NCBI GenBank assembly: GCA_963790305.1
Contig: CAWBOC010000009.1
Span: forward strand, 256,001 to 320,000
Direction: 5' to 3'
Length of the DNA stretch: 64,000 nucleotides
Origin: an uncultured Gemmatimonadaceae bacterium
Lineage (GTDB): Bacteria; Gemmatimonadota; Gemmatimonadetes; Gemmatimonadales; Gemmatimonadaceae
Part shown: in pieces, positions 38,821-48,163 of the stretch
Layout of the letters: every line of letters begins with the position of its first letter
How positions within the stretch are numbered: the first letter of the stretch is position 1
Position numbers and translations under genes: made by a program
Notes under the pieces: model-generated
Databases searched by the model: none
What the model was told of the DNA's origin: nothing
The model's input: the letters and a program-made list of their open reading frames with translations, nothing else

Positions 38821-40197
38821 CTAACCTCGGCCGATCGAGCCAAGAGCCCGATCGAACACATCGAGCGCGAAGTCGACGTCGGCCCGGGTGATGCACATCG
38901 GCGGCTTGATGCGGAGCACGTTCCCCTCCAGGCCGCCCTTCCCGATCAGCACTCCCGCCTCACGAGCGGCCTCGAGCACGTCGAGCGTCTCACCCTTTGC
39001 GGGCTCTTTCGTGGTGCGGTTGCGCACGAGCTCGACGCCCAGCATGAGACCCATGCCGCGCACGTCGCCGATGAGCGTGTGCGAGCGCGTGAGACGCTCG
39101 AGCCCCGCCTTGAGCCGCCCGCCGGCAACGCGCGCGTTCTCCTGGAGGCCATCGGCGTCGATCACGTCCAGCACCGCCAGACCGGCCGCCGTCGACACCG
39201 GATTGCCGGCGTACGTGTTGAAGTGAATGCGCTGAGTGAGGGCCTTCGCGATCTCCATCCGCGTCGTCACCGCCGCGAGGGGTGCGCCATTGCCAATGCC
39301 CTTCGCCATCGTCACGAAGTCCGGCACGACGCCGTAATTCTGGAATCCCCAGTAGTTCTCGCCCGTCCTCCCGAAGCCCGTCTGCACTTCGTCGGCAATG
39401 CAAAGCCCGCCGTGGGCGCGCACAATGCCGTAGGTCTCCGACAGGTAGTTTCGCGCGCCAGCGGTCACACCGCCGACACCCTGAATGGGCTCGCAGATGA
39501 ACGCGGCCACTTTGCCCGGTGTGGAATAGCGAATCAGGTCACGCACGTCTTCCGCGCTCTTCGTCGCGATTTCTTCCGGGGTGCCGCCGAAGGGGCTTCG
39601 ATACGGATCGGGGTTTACCGCGTGATGCACACGGCCGTCCCCACCGGTCGGGTATTTCCAGGTGTGGTGCGAGGTGAGCCCCATCGCGGTCGGGCTGCCG
39701 CCATGGTAGGCGTTGCGCAGCGCGATCACATCGGTGTTGCCGGTGGCGAGGCGCGCCATCTGGATGGCGAGATCGTTCGCTTCGCTCCCGCTGTTCGTGA
39801 AATACGTGACGTCCAGGCCCGGCGGCATCTTCGACGCCAGCTTCTTCGCCAGCTGAGCGACGTTGGGATGCAGGTAGATCGTCGTCCCGTGCGGGAGCGT
39901 CGCCAGCTGTTCCTGCATGCGCTTCACGATCGTGGGATGCGCGTGACCGCATGACACCGTCGCGATCCCGGCGAACAGATCGAGATACCGGCGGCCCGTC
40001 TCATCCCACACGTACTGCATGTGCCCTTCGACGATCATCAGCGGATCGCGATAGATCGTGAAAATCGCAGGGTTCATGTACTGCCGGCGCATCGCGAGCA
40101 CTTCTTCGCGGGGCGGACCGCTGTACGGGCGCGGCTGGTGCTCGGTGGGCGGCATCTCGAGTCGTGGAGCCGCCGTCTGCGGCGCGATCGTCGTCAT
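38821..40197 (-). CDS. Class III aminotransferase, AGXT2/PYD4-like (probable beta-alanine aminotransferase)
   Basis: GHMQYVWDETGRRYLD, NSGSEAND, ADEVQTGFGRTG, MAKGIGNG. Confidence 0.88.
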   Translation of the reverse strand: MTTIAPQTAAPRLEMPPTEHQPRPYSGPPREEVLAMRRQYMNPAIFTIYRDPLMIVEGHMQYVWDETGRRYLDLFAGIATVSCGHAHPTIVKRMQEQLATLPHGTTIYLHPNVAQLAKKLASKMPPGLDVTYFTNSGSEANDLAIQMARLATGNTDVIALRNAYHGGSPTAMGLTSHHTWKYPTGGDGRVHHAVNPDPYRSPFGGTPEEIATKSAEDVRDLIRYSTPGKVAAFICEPIQGVGGVTAGARNYLSETYGIVRAHGGLCIADEVQTGFGRTGENYWGFQNYGVVPDFVTMAKGIGNGAPLAAVTTRMEIAKALTQRIHFNTYAGNPVSTAAGLAVLDVIDADGLQENARVAGGRLKAGLERLTRSHTLIGDVRGMGLMLGVELVRNRTTKEPAKGETLDVLEAAREAGVLIGKGGLEGNVLRIKPPMCITRADVDFALDVFDRALGSIGRG

Positions 40198-41330
40198 CGC
40201 ACGCTCGCCGCGCTTGGATCGGGCGACGCGTAGCCTTCGACCGGCTCGTATCCGCCCTGATACGTCGACGCGTCGGGACGGCGAATCTGCGATTGCAGCA
40301 CGACGCGGTCGCGGCGGATGCCGCGGAAGTCCTCGATGGACGTCCAGCCCTTGTCGGCGTGCTTCTCGAGGAACGCGTCGAGACCGGCGTTCAGGCGCTT
40401 GATGACGCTCGGGCCCACGGCCTGATCGAGCATGGCGGCGGTGCACACCTGCACGGTGCCAGCGCCGAGGAGAAAATACGACAGCGCCTGCGCAAAGTCG
40501 GAGATCCCCCCGATGCCAGAGAATGCGCCCTTGGGGAATGCCTGCGTCATGCGCGCCATGTTCGCCAGCGACATTGGGAGGATGGCCGGTCCGCCCAGTC
40601 CGCCGCTCGAGACGAGGCCGTCGACGTTCATCTCGAACTCGAGCGTCTCGGGATCGATGACCGGCAATGACGGGAACGTGTTCGACGACACGATCGCGTC
40701 GGCGCCACCCCGGAAGCACGCCGCCGCCTCGACGACAATGTCGTGGGTGGCCGGCGTCAACTTGGTCCACACCGGCACCTTGGCGACCTCCTTCACCGCC
40801 TCGGTGACCACCGAGCACAGCCCTTCATCCTTGCCAATGTTGGACCCCATGTCCTTCCGGTCCATGTGGGGACAGGAAAAGTTGAGCTCGAGGCCGTCAG
40901 CGCCGTTGTCCTGCGACGCCTGCGCCAGCGTCTGCCAGTTCCGAAGCTCCTTGTCGCTCCCCGAGCCGGCCATGATCGACGCGATGAGCACGCGATCGGG
41001 AAACTCCGACTTGATGCGGCGAATGCGCGGCACCCACCAGTCGAGCGCCTTGTCGGAGATGAGCTCCCAGTTCCACGATGAGTGCAGCGCCGCGCCGGGG
41101 CGTTTCTTCATCGAGACGTAGGCGTCGTCAGGCGACGTGCGCATGAACTTCGCCTTCGCGCCGACGACGTTGACGACGGGGTGCAGCCCGATCGTCTTGG
41201 TGACGACCCCACCCCACCCCGCCTCGAAGGCGCGCAGGATGTTGTTCTCCGACTCCGTGGGGGGCGCGGAGGAGAGCAGGAAGGGATTCTCGAACCGAAT
41301 CCCGGTGAAGGTCACCGATCGTGTGGCCAT
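40194..41330 (-). CDS. preA: Dihydropyrimidine dehydrogenase PreA-like subunit lacking the C-terminal ferredoxin domain
   Basis: NPFLLSSAPPT, WGGVVTKT, NWELIS, ELNFSCPH, SGIGGI, VQVCT. Confidence 0.82.
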   Translation of the reverse strand: MATRSVTFTGIRFENPFLLSSAPPTESENNILRAFEAGWGGVVTKTIGLHPVVNVVGAKAKFMRTSPDDAYVSMKKRPGAALHSSWNWELISDKALDWWVPRIRRIKSEFPDRVLIASIMAGSGSDKELRNWQTLAQASQDNGADGLELNFSCPHMDRKDMGSNIGKDEGLCSVVTEAVKEVAKVPVWTKLTPATHDIVVEAAACFRGGADAIVSSNTFPSLPVIDPETLEFEMNVDGLVSSGGLGGPAILPMSLANMARMTQAFPKGAFSGIGGISDFAQALSYFLLGAGTVQVCTAAMLDQAVGPSVIKRLNAGLDAFLEKHADKGWTSIEDFRGIRRDRVVLQSQIRRPDASTYQGGYEPVEGYASPDPSAASVR

Positions 41331-41344
41331 AACGACTCCCCGGA

Positions 41345-41396
41345 AGGATTCAGAATGAGGGCGGTTCAGCTTCCGATTTCCGCATTCCGCATTCGC
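41345..41396. repeat. Degenerate copy of the 7-bp CCGCATT repeat family
   Basis: ccgattt ccgcatt ccgcatt cgc between mmsA and preA. Confidence 0.5.
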
Positions 41397-42851
41397 CTAT
41401 GACATCCAGTTCACACCAGCCTCGCGATTCCACTTCGTCGTCATCTTCTTCGCCTGCGTCCAGAACTCGATCGATCCGCGCCCGGTGATGTCCCCGACGC
41501 CGAACTTCGAATCGTTCCAGCCGCCGAAGGAGAACGGCTCACGCGGCACCGGAACGCCCACGTTGACGCCGACCATTCCCGCGCTCGCGCGCTCCATGAC
41601 ATAGCGCGCCATCCCCCCGCTCTCGGTGAACACGGAGGCCGCATTCCCGTACGGCGACGCGTTCTCGATCGCGATCGCCCTGTCGACATCGGGCGCACGC
41701 ACGATCACGAGCACGGGGCCGAACACTTCTTCCTGCGCGATGCGCATCTCGGGCGTCACGTAGTCGATGATCGTCGGTCCCAGATAGTAGCCACCTTCCC
41801 GGCCGGCCACCGTGGTCTTTCGGCCGTCGACGATCACCTTCGCACCCGCCGCCTCGGCCTCAGCGATATACGACTCGATGCGCTTCTTCGCCTCGGCGGA
41901 GATCACGGGCCCCAGATCCTTGCCCGCCACCATGCGGCTGGCCACCGCCTTCATGCGGTCGATGATGTGATCACTGGTCGAGACGGCGACCATGACCGAC
42001 GCGGCCATGCACCGCTGCCCCGCACACCCCGACATGGAGGCGACGATGTTCGTCGATGCCATCTCCGGATCGGCATCGGGAAGGACGATGAGGTGGTTCT
42101 TGGCGCCGCCTAACGCCAGGCAGCGCTTGAGCGCCGCGGTCGAGCGGCGATAGACGATCTTCGCCGTCTTGGTCGAGCCGACGAAGCTCACCGCCGCGAT
42201 ACCCGGGTGGTCGCAGATCGCCTCGACGGCGTCCTTGCCGCCGTGCACCACCTGAAAAACCCCTTCGGGAAGTCCCGCTTCCGCCAGGAGCTCGGCAATG
42301 CGCCCCGCGCTCAACGGCACGAGCTCCGAGGGCTTGAGGATCAGGCAGTTGCCGAGCGCGATCGCGTTGGGGATCGACCAGTTCGGCACCATGTTCGGGA
42401 AGTTGAACGGCGTGATCGCGGCGACGACACCCACCGGAAAGCGCTCAATGCGGCACTCGACACCCCTGCTGACTTCGAGCACCTCTCCCGGAGCGATCTG
42501 CGGAAGCGAACACGCAAACTCGGTGAGCTCGGCGGACTTGAGGACCTCGGCCCGCGCTTCGCTGACGATTTTTCCATTCTCCTCGGTGACCAGCGCCGCG
42601 AGGTCATCAATGTCGCGCTCGAGCAGCGTCTTGTACCGGTAGAAGATCTGGACGCGCTCCTTGATCGGCGTCGCTGCCCAGGCGGGAAACGCCGCCTTCG
42701 CGGAGCGAACGGCGGCGTCGACGTCGTCAGCGGCCGAGAGCGGGACCCGCGAAATGACTGCGCCGCTGCTCGGGTCGTACACGTCCAGCAGCGGGCGATC
42801 CGCGGTCACGAAGGAGCCGCCGACGTAGTTCCGGACTTCGGGATACTTCAT
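41397..42851 (-). CDS. mmsA: CoA-acylating (methyl)malonate-semialdehyde dehydrogenase
   Basis: ITPFNFP, KPSE, FVGST, GGAKNH, GCAGQRCMA, EEVFGP, GVNVGVPVP. Confidence 0.93.
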   Translation of the reverse strand: MKYPEVRNYVGGSFVTADRPLLDVYDPSSGAVISRVPLSAADDVDAAVRSAKAAFPAWAATPIKERVQIFYRYKTLLERDIDDLAALVTEENGKIVSEARAEVLKSAELTEFACSLPQIAPGEVLEVSRGVECRIERFPVGVVAAITPFNFPNMVPNWSIPNAIALGNCLILKPSELVPLSAGRIAELLAEAGLPEGVFQVVHGGKDAVEAICDHPGIAAVSFVGSTKTAKIVYRRSTAALKRCLALGGAKNHLIVLPDADPEMASTNIVASMSGCAGQRCMAASVMVAVSTSDHIIDRMKAVASRMVAGKDLGPVISAEAKKRIESYIAEAEAAGAKVIVDGRKTTVAGREGGYYLGPTIIDYVTPEMRIAQEEVFGPVLVIVRAPDVDRAIAIENASPYGNAASVFTESGGMARYVMERASAGMVGVNVGVPVPREPFSFGGWNDSKFGVGDITGRGSIEFWTQAKKMTTKWNREAGVNWMS

Positions 42852-42930
42852 TGGTCAACAATGCGATGTGCACCGCCGACAGGCAAGGAACCAGGGCGGT
42901 TTCGGGGGGCGTGGCACGTCACACGGGACG

Positions 42931-43386
42931 TTACTCCCCAATGTCCTCGTTCCAGAGGGCGGGATGCGCAGCAATGAAGTCTCGCATCAACCGCACACAG
43001 TCCTGGTCGTCAACGACCTCGAGCACGACGCCGCGCTGTCTGAGATAATCCTCGGGGCCGCGGAAGGTGCGGTTCTCTCCAATCACGATCCGCGGAATGC
43101 CGTACAACAGCAATGCGCCGCTGCACATGTCGCAGGGCGACAGCGTCGAGTAGAGCGTGGCGCGGCGGTAATCGGCGGCTCGCAGTCGCCCCGCGTTCTC
43201 GAGACAGTCCATCTCCGCGTGCAGGGTCGCGCTTCCCTTCTGGACTCGACGGTTGTGGCCGCGCCCGACGATTCGCCCGTCGATGACGAGCACGGAGCCG
43301 ATCGGAATCCCGCCTTCGGAGAGTCCCGCGCGCGCCTCGGCAATCGCGGCGTCCAGAAAGGGATCACTCGTTGGGCTGGACATCAC
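42931..43386 (-). CDS. Cytosine/nucleoside deaminase (yeast Fcy1-like)
   Basis: EGGIPIGS, GHNRRVQ, HAEMDCLENAG, SPCDMC, LWNEDIG. Confidence 0.88.
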   Translation of the reverse strand: MMSSPTSDPFLDAAIAEARAGLSEGGIPIGSVLVIDGRIVGRGHNRRVQKGSATLHAEMDCLENAGRLRAADYRRATLYSTLSPCDMCSGALLLYGIPRIVIGENRTFRGPEDYLRQRGVVLEVVDDQDCVRLMRDFIAAHPALWNEDIGE

Positions 43387-45599
43387 TGAACGCGGTGCCG
43401 CACGATGCCGAAGGACAATGACTGTGCGGGCACCGCCCGCCCGGACGGATCGCGCCCCTGCACGACCGCCCGGTACACTCCGCTGGCGATCGGCGCTCCA
43501 GCCTCGTTGACCAGATTCCAGGTCAGCGATGGCTGGTCCCCAGCAGGCAGAGCGCGGACGAGCGTGCCATCCGGCTCGAGTATTTGCACGAGCCCTCCGG
43601 GCGGCAGGTTGGCGAAGACGAGACCGGGAGTCTCGGTGGGCCCGGTGATGCTCAGCCGTACCGCCCGAGGACCGCGACTCCGCACCGGCAATGACGTGAT
43701 CGGAGAGCCAAGGCTACTGACGCCGATCACGACAGTGCCTCGCGTCCGGACCTCATGCAACGGAGACAGGGCCTCGGCGAGCGCCGGATCCAGGTGCACC
43801 GCCTGCTGAAATGCGCTCGACGCTTCCCGAAGACGCCCCTGATCCGCGAGCAGCGTTCCGAGGGTGAAGTGCGCCAGAGGCAGGCTTGGCTGCTCGGCAA
43901 GCGCGCGACGATACTCCTGCTCGGCGTCGTCGCGCCGACCCTGGGCTTGCAGGAAGTCGGCGTAGTCGGCGCGAATCCACGCCAGCGCCGGCTGCAGGGC
44001 AAGGGCGCGGCGATAAAGCGAGTCAATGACCGCGGGAGCCCGCCCGGCGCGCTCGTACGACTGCGCCAGGGCGCGCAGCCGATCGGGCCGATTCGAGTCG
44101 GCCCGCACCGCCTGCTCGAGTGCGCGAATGGCCTCATCGTTTCTGCCGAGCTGCTGATAGGCTACGCCGAGCAGAAAGTGTGCTTCCCCTCGCGTCGTGT
44201 CGGTTCCGAGGGCGCGGTGGAGTGCAGCGGCGCCGCCGGCAAGCGCACTGGCATCGGTGGCACGGGCTGCATAGACGATCTGCCCCATGCCGCCGTACAC
44301 CGCGGCGTCGGGCCCGTTCTTGTCCCGCTCGAAATACGCCTCGATGAGTTGGTCCGTCGACTGCCTAACGGGCGCCGCTGCCGACCCTGGCGCCACGACT
44401 CGAATCCAGTGGTCGGTGAACGTTCCGTGGGGGACGGCGCGTTCCTTCACACGGGGCATATGGCAGCTTGCGCAGTCCGCCCCGGCGCTGTGGTCGGCGC
44501 GCGCCGGTGAACGCTCGAATCGCTCGGCCAGGGCCGCCGCCGCATGGCAGCCAAGACAGGGTTGGTTACGCGCCGCGGAGTCCGGCGGTGGACGGTGCGG
44601 GTTGTGGCAGATTGCGCACTCGAGCGGGCGCGAGGTGGCGCGCGTCGCGAGGAAGCAGGCGCTTTGCCGCAGGCGATCGGCGTGGGATACGATGTCGATG
44701 CTCCCCGCCACCTTGAAGAACGCCCACTGCTCGCGCAGCGGCTGCGAGGGAAGGTAACTGAAGGCGTCCTTTCCCTCACGCAGGACCGTCACTGGCGTGT
44801 GCACGTGACATTGCTCGCACACGTCCAGCCGGCGCGCGAGAGGAAGTCGCGCCGGATTTACGATCGTATTGTCGAACGTGGTGTCGCCGTCCACCGTCGC
44901 GCGTCGCTGACCGACGTGAAGCGCCCCGGGCCCATGGCATCGCTCGCATCCGATCCCGGGGCGGAGCTCGGCGTACTTGCCCTCGAGAAATGGAAATGGC
45001 CGCGGATAGCTCGAGTGACAGGCGATGCATCGATCGGGCATGACACGATCGAAGCGCGCGTTGTTCAGCTCGTACCCGGGACTGAAATCCCATCCATGCT
45101 GTCGATACCAGGTGAGCGGCAACTGGAACAGCCGTCCGTTCTCCTCGGTAAAGTAGGTGCGTGCGACCACCCCGCTCCCCATCACGTAGTCCATGCGCCG
45201 GCGCTGCTCATGGATGCGCTTCCCGCCGGCGCCGAGAATGAGCTCGACCTGGTACAGCTGACCGCCGTCATCGACGACGGAGTAGTGGAATCCCGTTGGG
45301 CGGTGCACGAGCGCCGTGTCGAGCGTGGTCTCGATACGATCCGCCGGCGTCCAGCGATGAAACGACCGCGACATCGCATGTTGGTCGTACGCCGCTGCTT
45401 CGGCGCTGTGACAGCTCTCGCAGGCCGCGTCACCGACATAGTCGGTGGGGGCACTGACGTTTCGAAAGACCGGCGATGGCTCGTCAGGCAGGTCCGGCGG
45501 CACGTCCGTCCGCGACGAGCGGTCGCATGCGGTGATTGCCGCTGCGGCAAGGCACAGTGAAACGAGGAGCGCCTTGACTCTCGGGCGGCGGAACGTCAC
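43383..45599 (-). CDS. Multiheme cytochrome c lipoprotein (7 CxxCH) with TPRs and a C-terminal Ig-like domain
   Basis: Lipobox ITAC; CESCH, CIACH, CERCH, CEQCH, CAICH, CLGCH, CASCH; TPR repeats. Confidence 0.85.
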   Translation of the reverse strand: MTFRRPRVKALLVSLCLAAAAITACDRSSRTDVPPDLPDEPSPVFRNVSAPTDYVGDAACESCHSAEAAAYDQHAMSRSFHRWTPADRIETTLDTALVHRPTGFHYSVVDDGGQLYQVELILGAGGKRIHEQRRRMDYVMGSGVVARTYFTEENGRLFQLPLTWYRQHGWDFSPGYELNNARFDRVMPDRCIACHSSYPRPFPFLEGKYAELRPGIGCERCHGPGALHVGQRRATVDGDTTFDNTIVNPARLPLARRLDVCEQCHVHTPVTVLREGKDAFSYLPSQPLREQWAFFKVAGSIDIVSHADRLRQSACFLATRATSRPLECAICHNPHRPPPDSAARNQPCLGCHAAAALAERFERSPARADHSAGADCASCHMPRVKERAVPHGTFTDHWIRVVAPGSAAAPVRQSTDQLIEAYFERDKNGPDAAVYGGMGQIVYAARATDASALAGGAAALHRALGTDTTRGEAHFLLGVAYQQLGRNDEAIRALEQAVRADSNRPDRLRALAQSYERAGRAPAVIDSLYRRALALQPALAWIRADYADFLQAQGRRDDAEQEYRRALAEQPSLPLAHFTLGTLLADQGRLREASSAFQQAVHLDPALAEALSPLHEVRTRGTVVIGVSSLGSPITSLPVRSRGPRAVRLSITGPTETPGLVFANLPPGGLVQILEPDGTLVRALPAGDQPSLTWNLVNEAGAPIASGVYRAVVQGRDPSGRAVPAQSLSFGIVRHRVQ

Positions 45600-45779
45600 T
45601 GGAGTGACAACTGGGCCATTCGTGCGCGGGTCTGGCGGAAATCGATGGCGAACAGTGGTCGGAGTCGCGCGCGAGCGTCAAGGACTGGACGGGAACTTTC
45701 GCGGCGTCGTCGACCCGTCCGTTCTTGATGTCAGCGCGCTGAGCAGTTGTATTCCGGCAATGCATCCAGACCGCATCGC

Positions 45780-47117
45780 GTGACGGAGCTCGCCCGCCGC
45801 CTCGGCGTCTTCGATGCCACCATGATCGTGATGGGCGGCATCATTGGCGCCGGCATCTTCATCAGCCCGTACGTCGTCGCGCGACACGTCAACACAACGC
45901 CGCTCATCCTCGGGGCATGGGTCGCGGGCGGTGCCATCGCGCTCGCCGGTGCCTTCGTGTATGCCGAGCTCGCGGCCCTGCGACCGGAAGCGGGCGGCGT
46001 GTACGCGTATCTCCGGGATGCCTTTCATCCCATCGTCGCATTCCTGTTCGGCTGGACGCTCCTCCTCGTAGTGCAGGCGGGAGGAATGGCGGCGGTCGCG
46101 GTGACCTTCGGTCTGTACGTGAGGGATCTCACCGGCATCGCGCTTTCGCCGACCACGCTCGCCGTGGGGGCACTGGTCGCCCTCACGATCATCAACTGCT
46201 TTGGGGTTCGCACCGGCGCGAACGTGCAGAACACGTTCATGGTGCTGAAGATCGTCGCCATCGGGGCATTGGTGACGATCGGATGGCTCGCGGTGGGAAC
46301 GGCGCCGCCCACGCCCGAGGTCGCGCGAGCGACCGGCTTCGGCGCGGCGATGGTTCCCGTACTCTTCGCCTACGGCGGATGGCAGACCGCCAGCTTCGTC
46401 TCCGAGGAAATGCGGGATACCCAACGCGACCTGCCCCGGGCCATGCTCTGGGGGATCATCGGTGTCGTCGTCCTGTACCTGGCAGCGAACCTCGTGTACG
46501 CGTTGGTGCTGAGCCCGGCCGGGCTCGCCGCAACGACCACGCCCGCCTCGGAGGTCATGCGCCGCGCCATCGGCGAGCGAGGCGCCCGCTTCATCGCGTT
46601 AGGCATCGCCATCTCGACGATCGGCTACCTCAGCCAGGGCATGTTGACCGCGCCGCGCGTCTACTTCGCCATGGCGCGCGACGGCGTCTTTTTCTCGAAG
46701 GTGGGCTGGCTTCATCCGCGAACACGCGCGCCGGTCTACGCCATCGCTCTTCAGGGCGTCTGGGCGGTCGCGGTCGCGTTGTCAGGCCGGTACGAGCAGA
46801 TCCTGAACTATGTCGTGGCGATCGACGCGATCTTCTTCGGGCTCACGGGCGTGGCGCTCATCGTCTTCCGACGACGTGAGTCTCGCGAGGCAGGCTCGAG
46901 ACGATTCCGTACCCCCGGTCACCCCTGGACGACGATCCTCTTCGTCGCCGCCTTCTGGATTGTCGCCTTCAACACCGTGCTGCAGTTTCCGACGTCGGCT
47001 GGCATCGGTGTCCTGGTGCTTTTGGCCGGGGTTCCGGTCTACCTGTGGTGGTCCAGGCAGCGCGTCAGGCTGGCGGCTCGATCCTCAGCGGCACCACCGT
47101 CGTCCCCCAGTGCATAA
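45780..47117 (+). CDS. APC-family amino acid permease
   Basis: GGIIGAGIF, YAELAA, FAYGGW, PRVYFAMARDG. Confidence 0.92.
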   Translation: MTELARRLGVFDATMIVMGGIIGAGIFISPYVVARHVNTTPLILGAWVAGGAIALAGAFVYAELAALRPEAGGVYAYLRDAFHPIVAFLFGWTLLLVVQAGGMAAVAVTFGLYVRDLTGIALSPTTLAVGALVALTIINCFGVRTGANVQNTFMVLKIVAIGALVTIGWLAVGTAPPTPEVARATGFGAAMVPVLFAYGGWQTASFVSEEMRDTQRDLPRAMLWGIIGVVVLYLAANLVYALVLSPAGLAATTTPASEVMRRAIGERGARFIALGIAISTIGYLSQGMLTAPRVYFAMARDGVFFSKVGWLHPRTRAPVYAIALQGVWAVAVALSGRYEQILNYVVAIDAIFFGLTGVALIVFRRRESREAGSRRFRTPGHPWTTILFVAAFWIVAFNTVLQFPTSAGIGVLVLLAGVPVYLWWSRQRVRLAARSSAAPPSSPSA

Positions 47118-47610
47118 CCAGCTCGCCAGTCAGTCCGTCCACGTCCGGGAAGTAGAACGTCAACAGCTCCACCGGAGGCCCTTCGCGCACGGTAGTCTCG
47201 ACGCGCAGAACGTCACTGCCGCTGGGATACGGCAGATGCCACACCGGATGCGCGCTGCTGAAGATGACGGTCCAGCGGGTTTGGTCGGGAATCATCGAGA
47301 TGCTGTACGTGCCGGCGGCTAGCGCCTGGCCGTTGACGCGCACCGCGCTGCTGAACGTGATGCTCGTGGCCGTGTCGGCGCCAGGAGTCCACGGTCGCCC
47401 CCAGGGCACGAGGGCGCCAAACAGCTCGCGTCCGCGTGCGCCTGGCCGGCTGTACTTCACTTCGATCCGCGTCGGGCCTAACGCCTGCGTCACCGAAGCT
47501 TGCTGACTCCGTCGCGGGCGGCGTGTCTCCTGAGCGCATAGCGACGACGTCAGCATGAGCCCGGCGAACGGGGCCAGAACACCAATCGTCCGAATGCCGA
47601 CGGCCGGCAT
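47065..47610 (-). CDS. DUF2911 domain secreted protein
   Basis: YSRPGARGRELFGALVPWGRPWTPGAD, LAAGTYS. Confidence 0.85.
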   Translation of the reverse strand: MPAVGIRTIGVLAPFAGLMLTSSLCAQETRRPRRSQQASVTQALGPTRIEVKYSRPGARGRELFGALVPWGRPWTPGADTATSITFSSAVRVNGQALAAGTYSISMIPDQTRWTVIFSSAHPVWHLPYPSGSDVLRVETTVREGPPVELLTFYFPDVDGLTGELVMHWGTTVVPLRIEPPA

Positions 47611-48029
47611 CAGTTGGCAAACTCCTCGTCGACGGCGAGCCGAATCTCGGCGAGGGTCTTCCCGTCGCGCGCGAGCCGGGCGACCAGCTCAGCCTCCTCG
47701 CGACACGCCATGCAGCCAATGGCCTGACGACTCTCGAAGCAGCTCAGCAGCGAACGGTGGCCCATGCTCTTGTCGCACTCGCACGCACAGTAAACGCCGT
47801 CGAAGACTTCGGGATGCGTGCGCGCCGCCGCGTACGCTTCCCGGGCACGGCGGCGTTCACCGACCTCCGATTCCGGCAGCACGTTCTCGCCGGTAATTCC
47901 GGGGCGCGGATCGGGATGCGGGAAACCAGCCCGAGGCTTCGCTACGTGATGCGCAACTCCGTCTCGCCAGATCGCGGGGGGTGCGAGGAGCGCGGAAAGC
48001 GCCAACAGAAATCGCCGGCGGGTTGTCAT
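47610..48029 (-). CDS. Tat-exported PCYCGC-motif-like Cys-rich protein
   Basis: TTRRRFL; YCACEC...GHRSLLSCF...CMAC. Confidence 0.8.
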   Translation of the reverse strand: MTTRRRFLLALSALLAPPAIWRDGVAHHVAKPRAGFPHPDPRPGITGENVLPESEVGERRRAREAYAAARTHPEVFDGVYCACECDKSMGHRSLLSCFESRQAIGCMACREEAELVARLARDGKTLAEIRLAVDEEFAN

Positions 48030-48163
48030 GCACCGAAATTAAGCGCGGAGGTGCCAGTTCAAAACAGTCAGCGCGTCAGGAATCCGTTAGTGTCCCATCC
48101 CGGGCCTCAGGGCTCGAAAAGCTCATTTCAAGCATGCCCCGACCGACCGGCATCCCATCTCCG

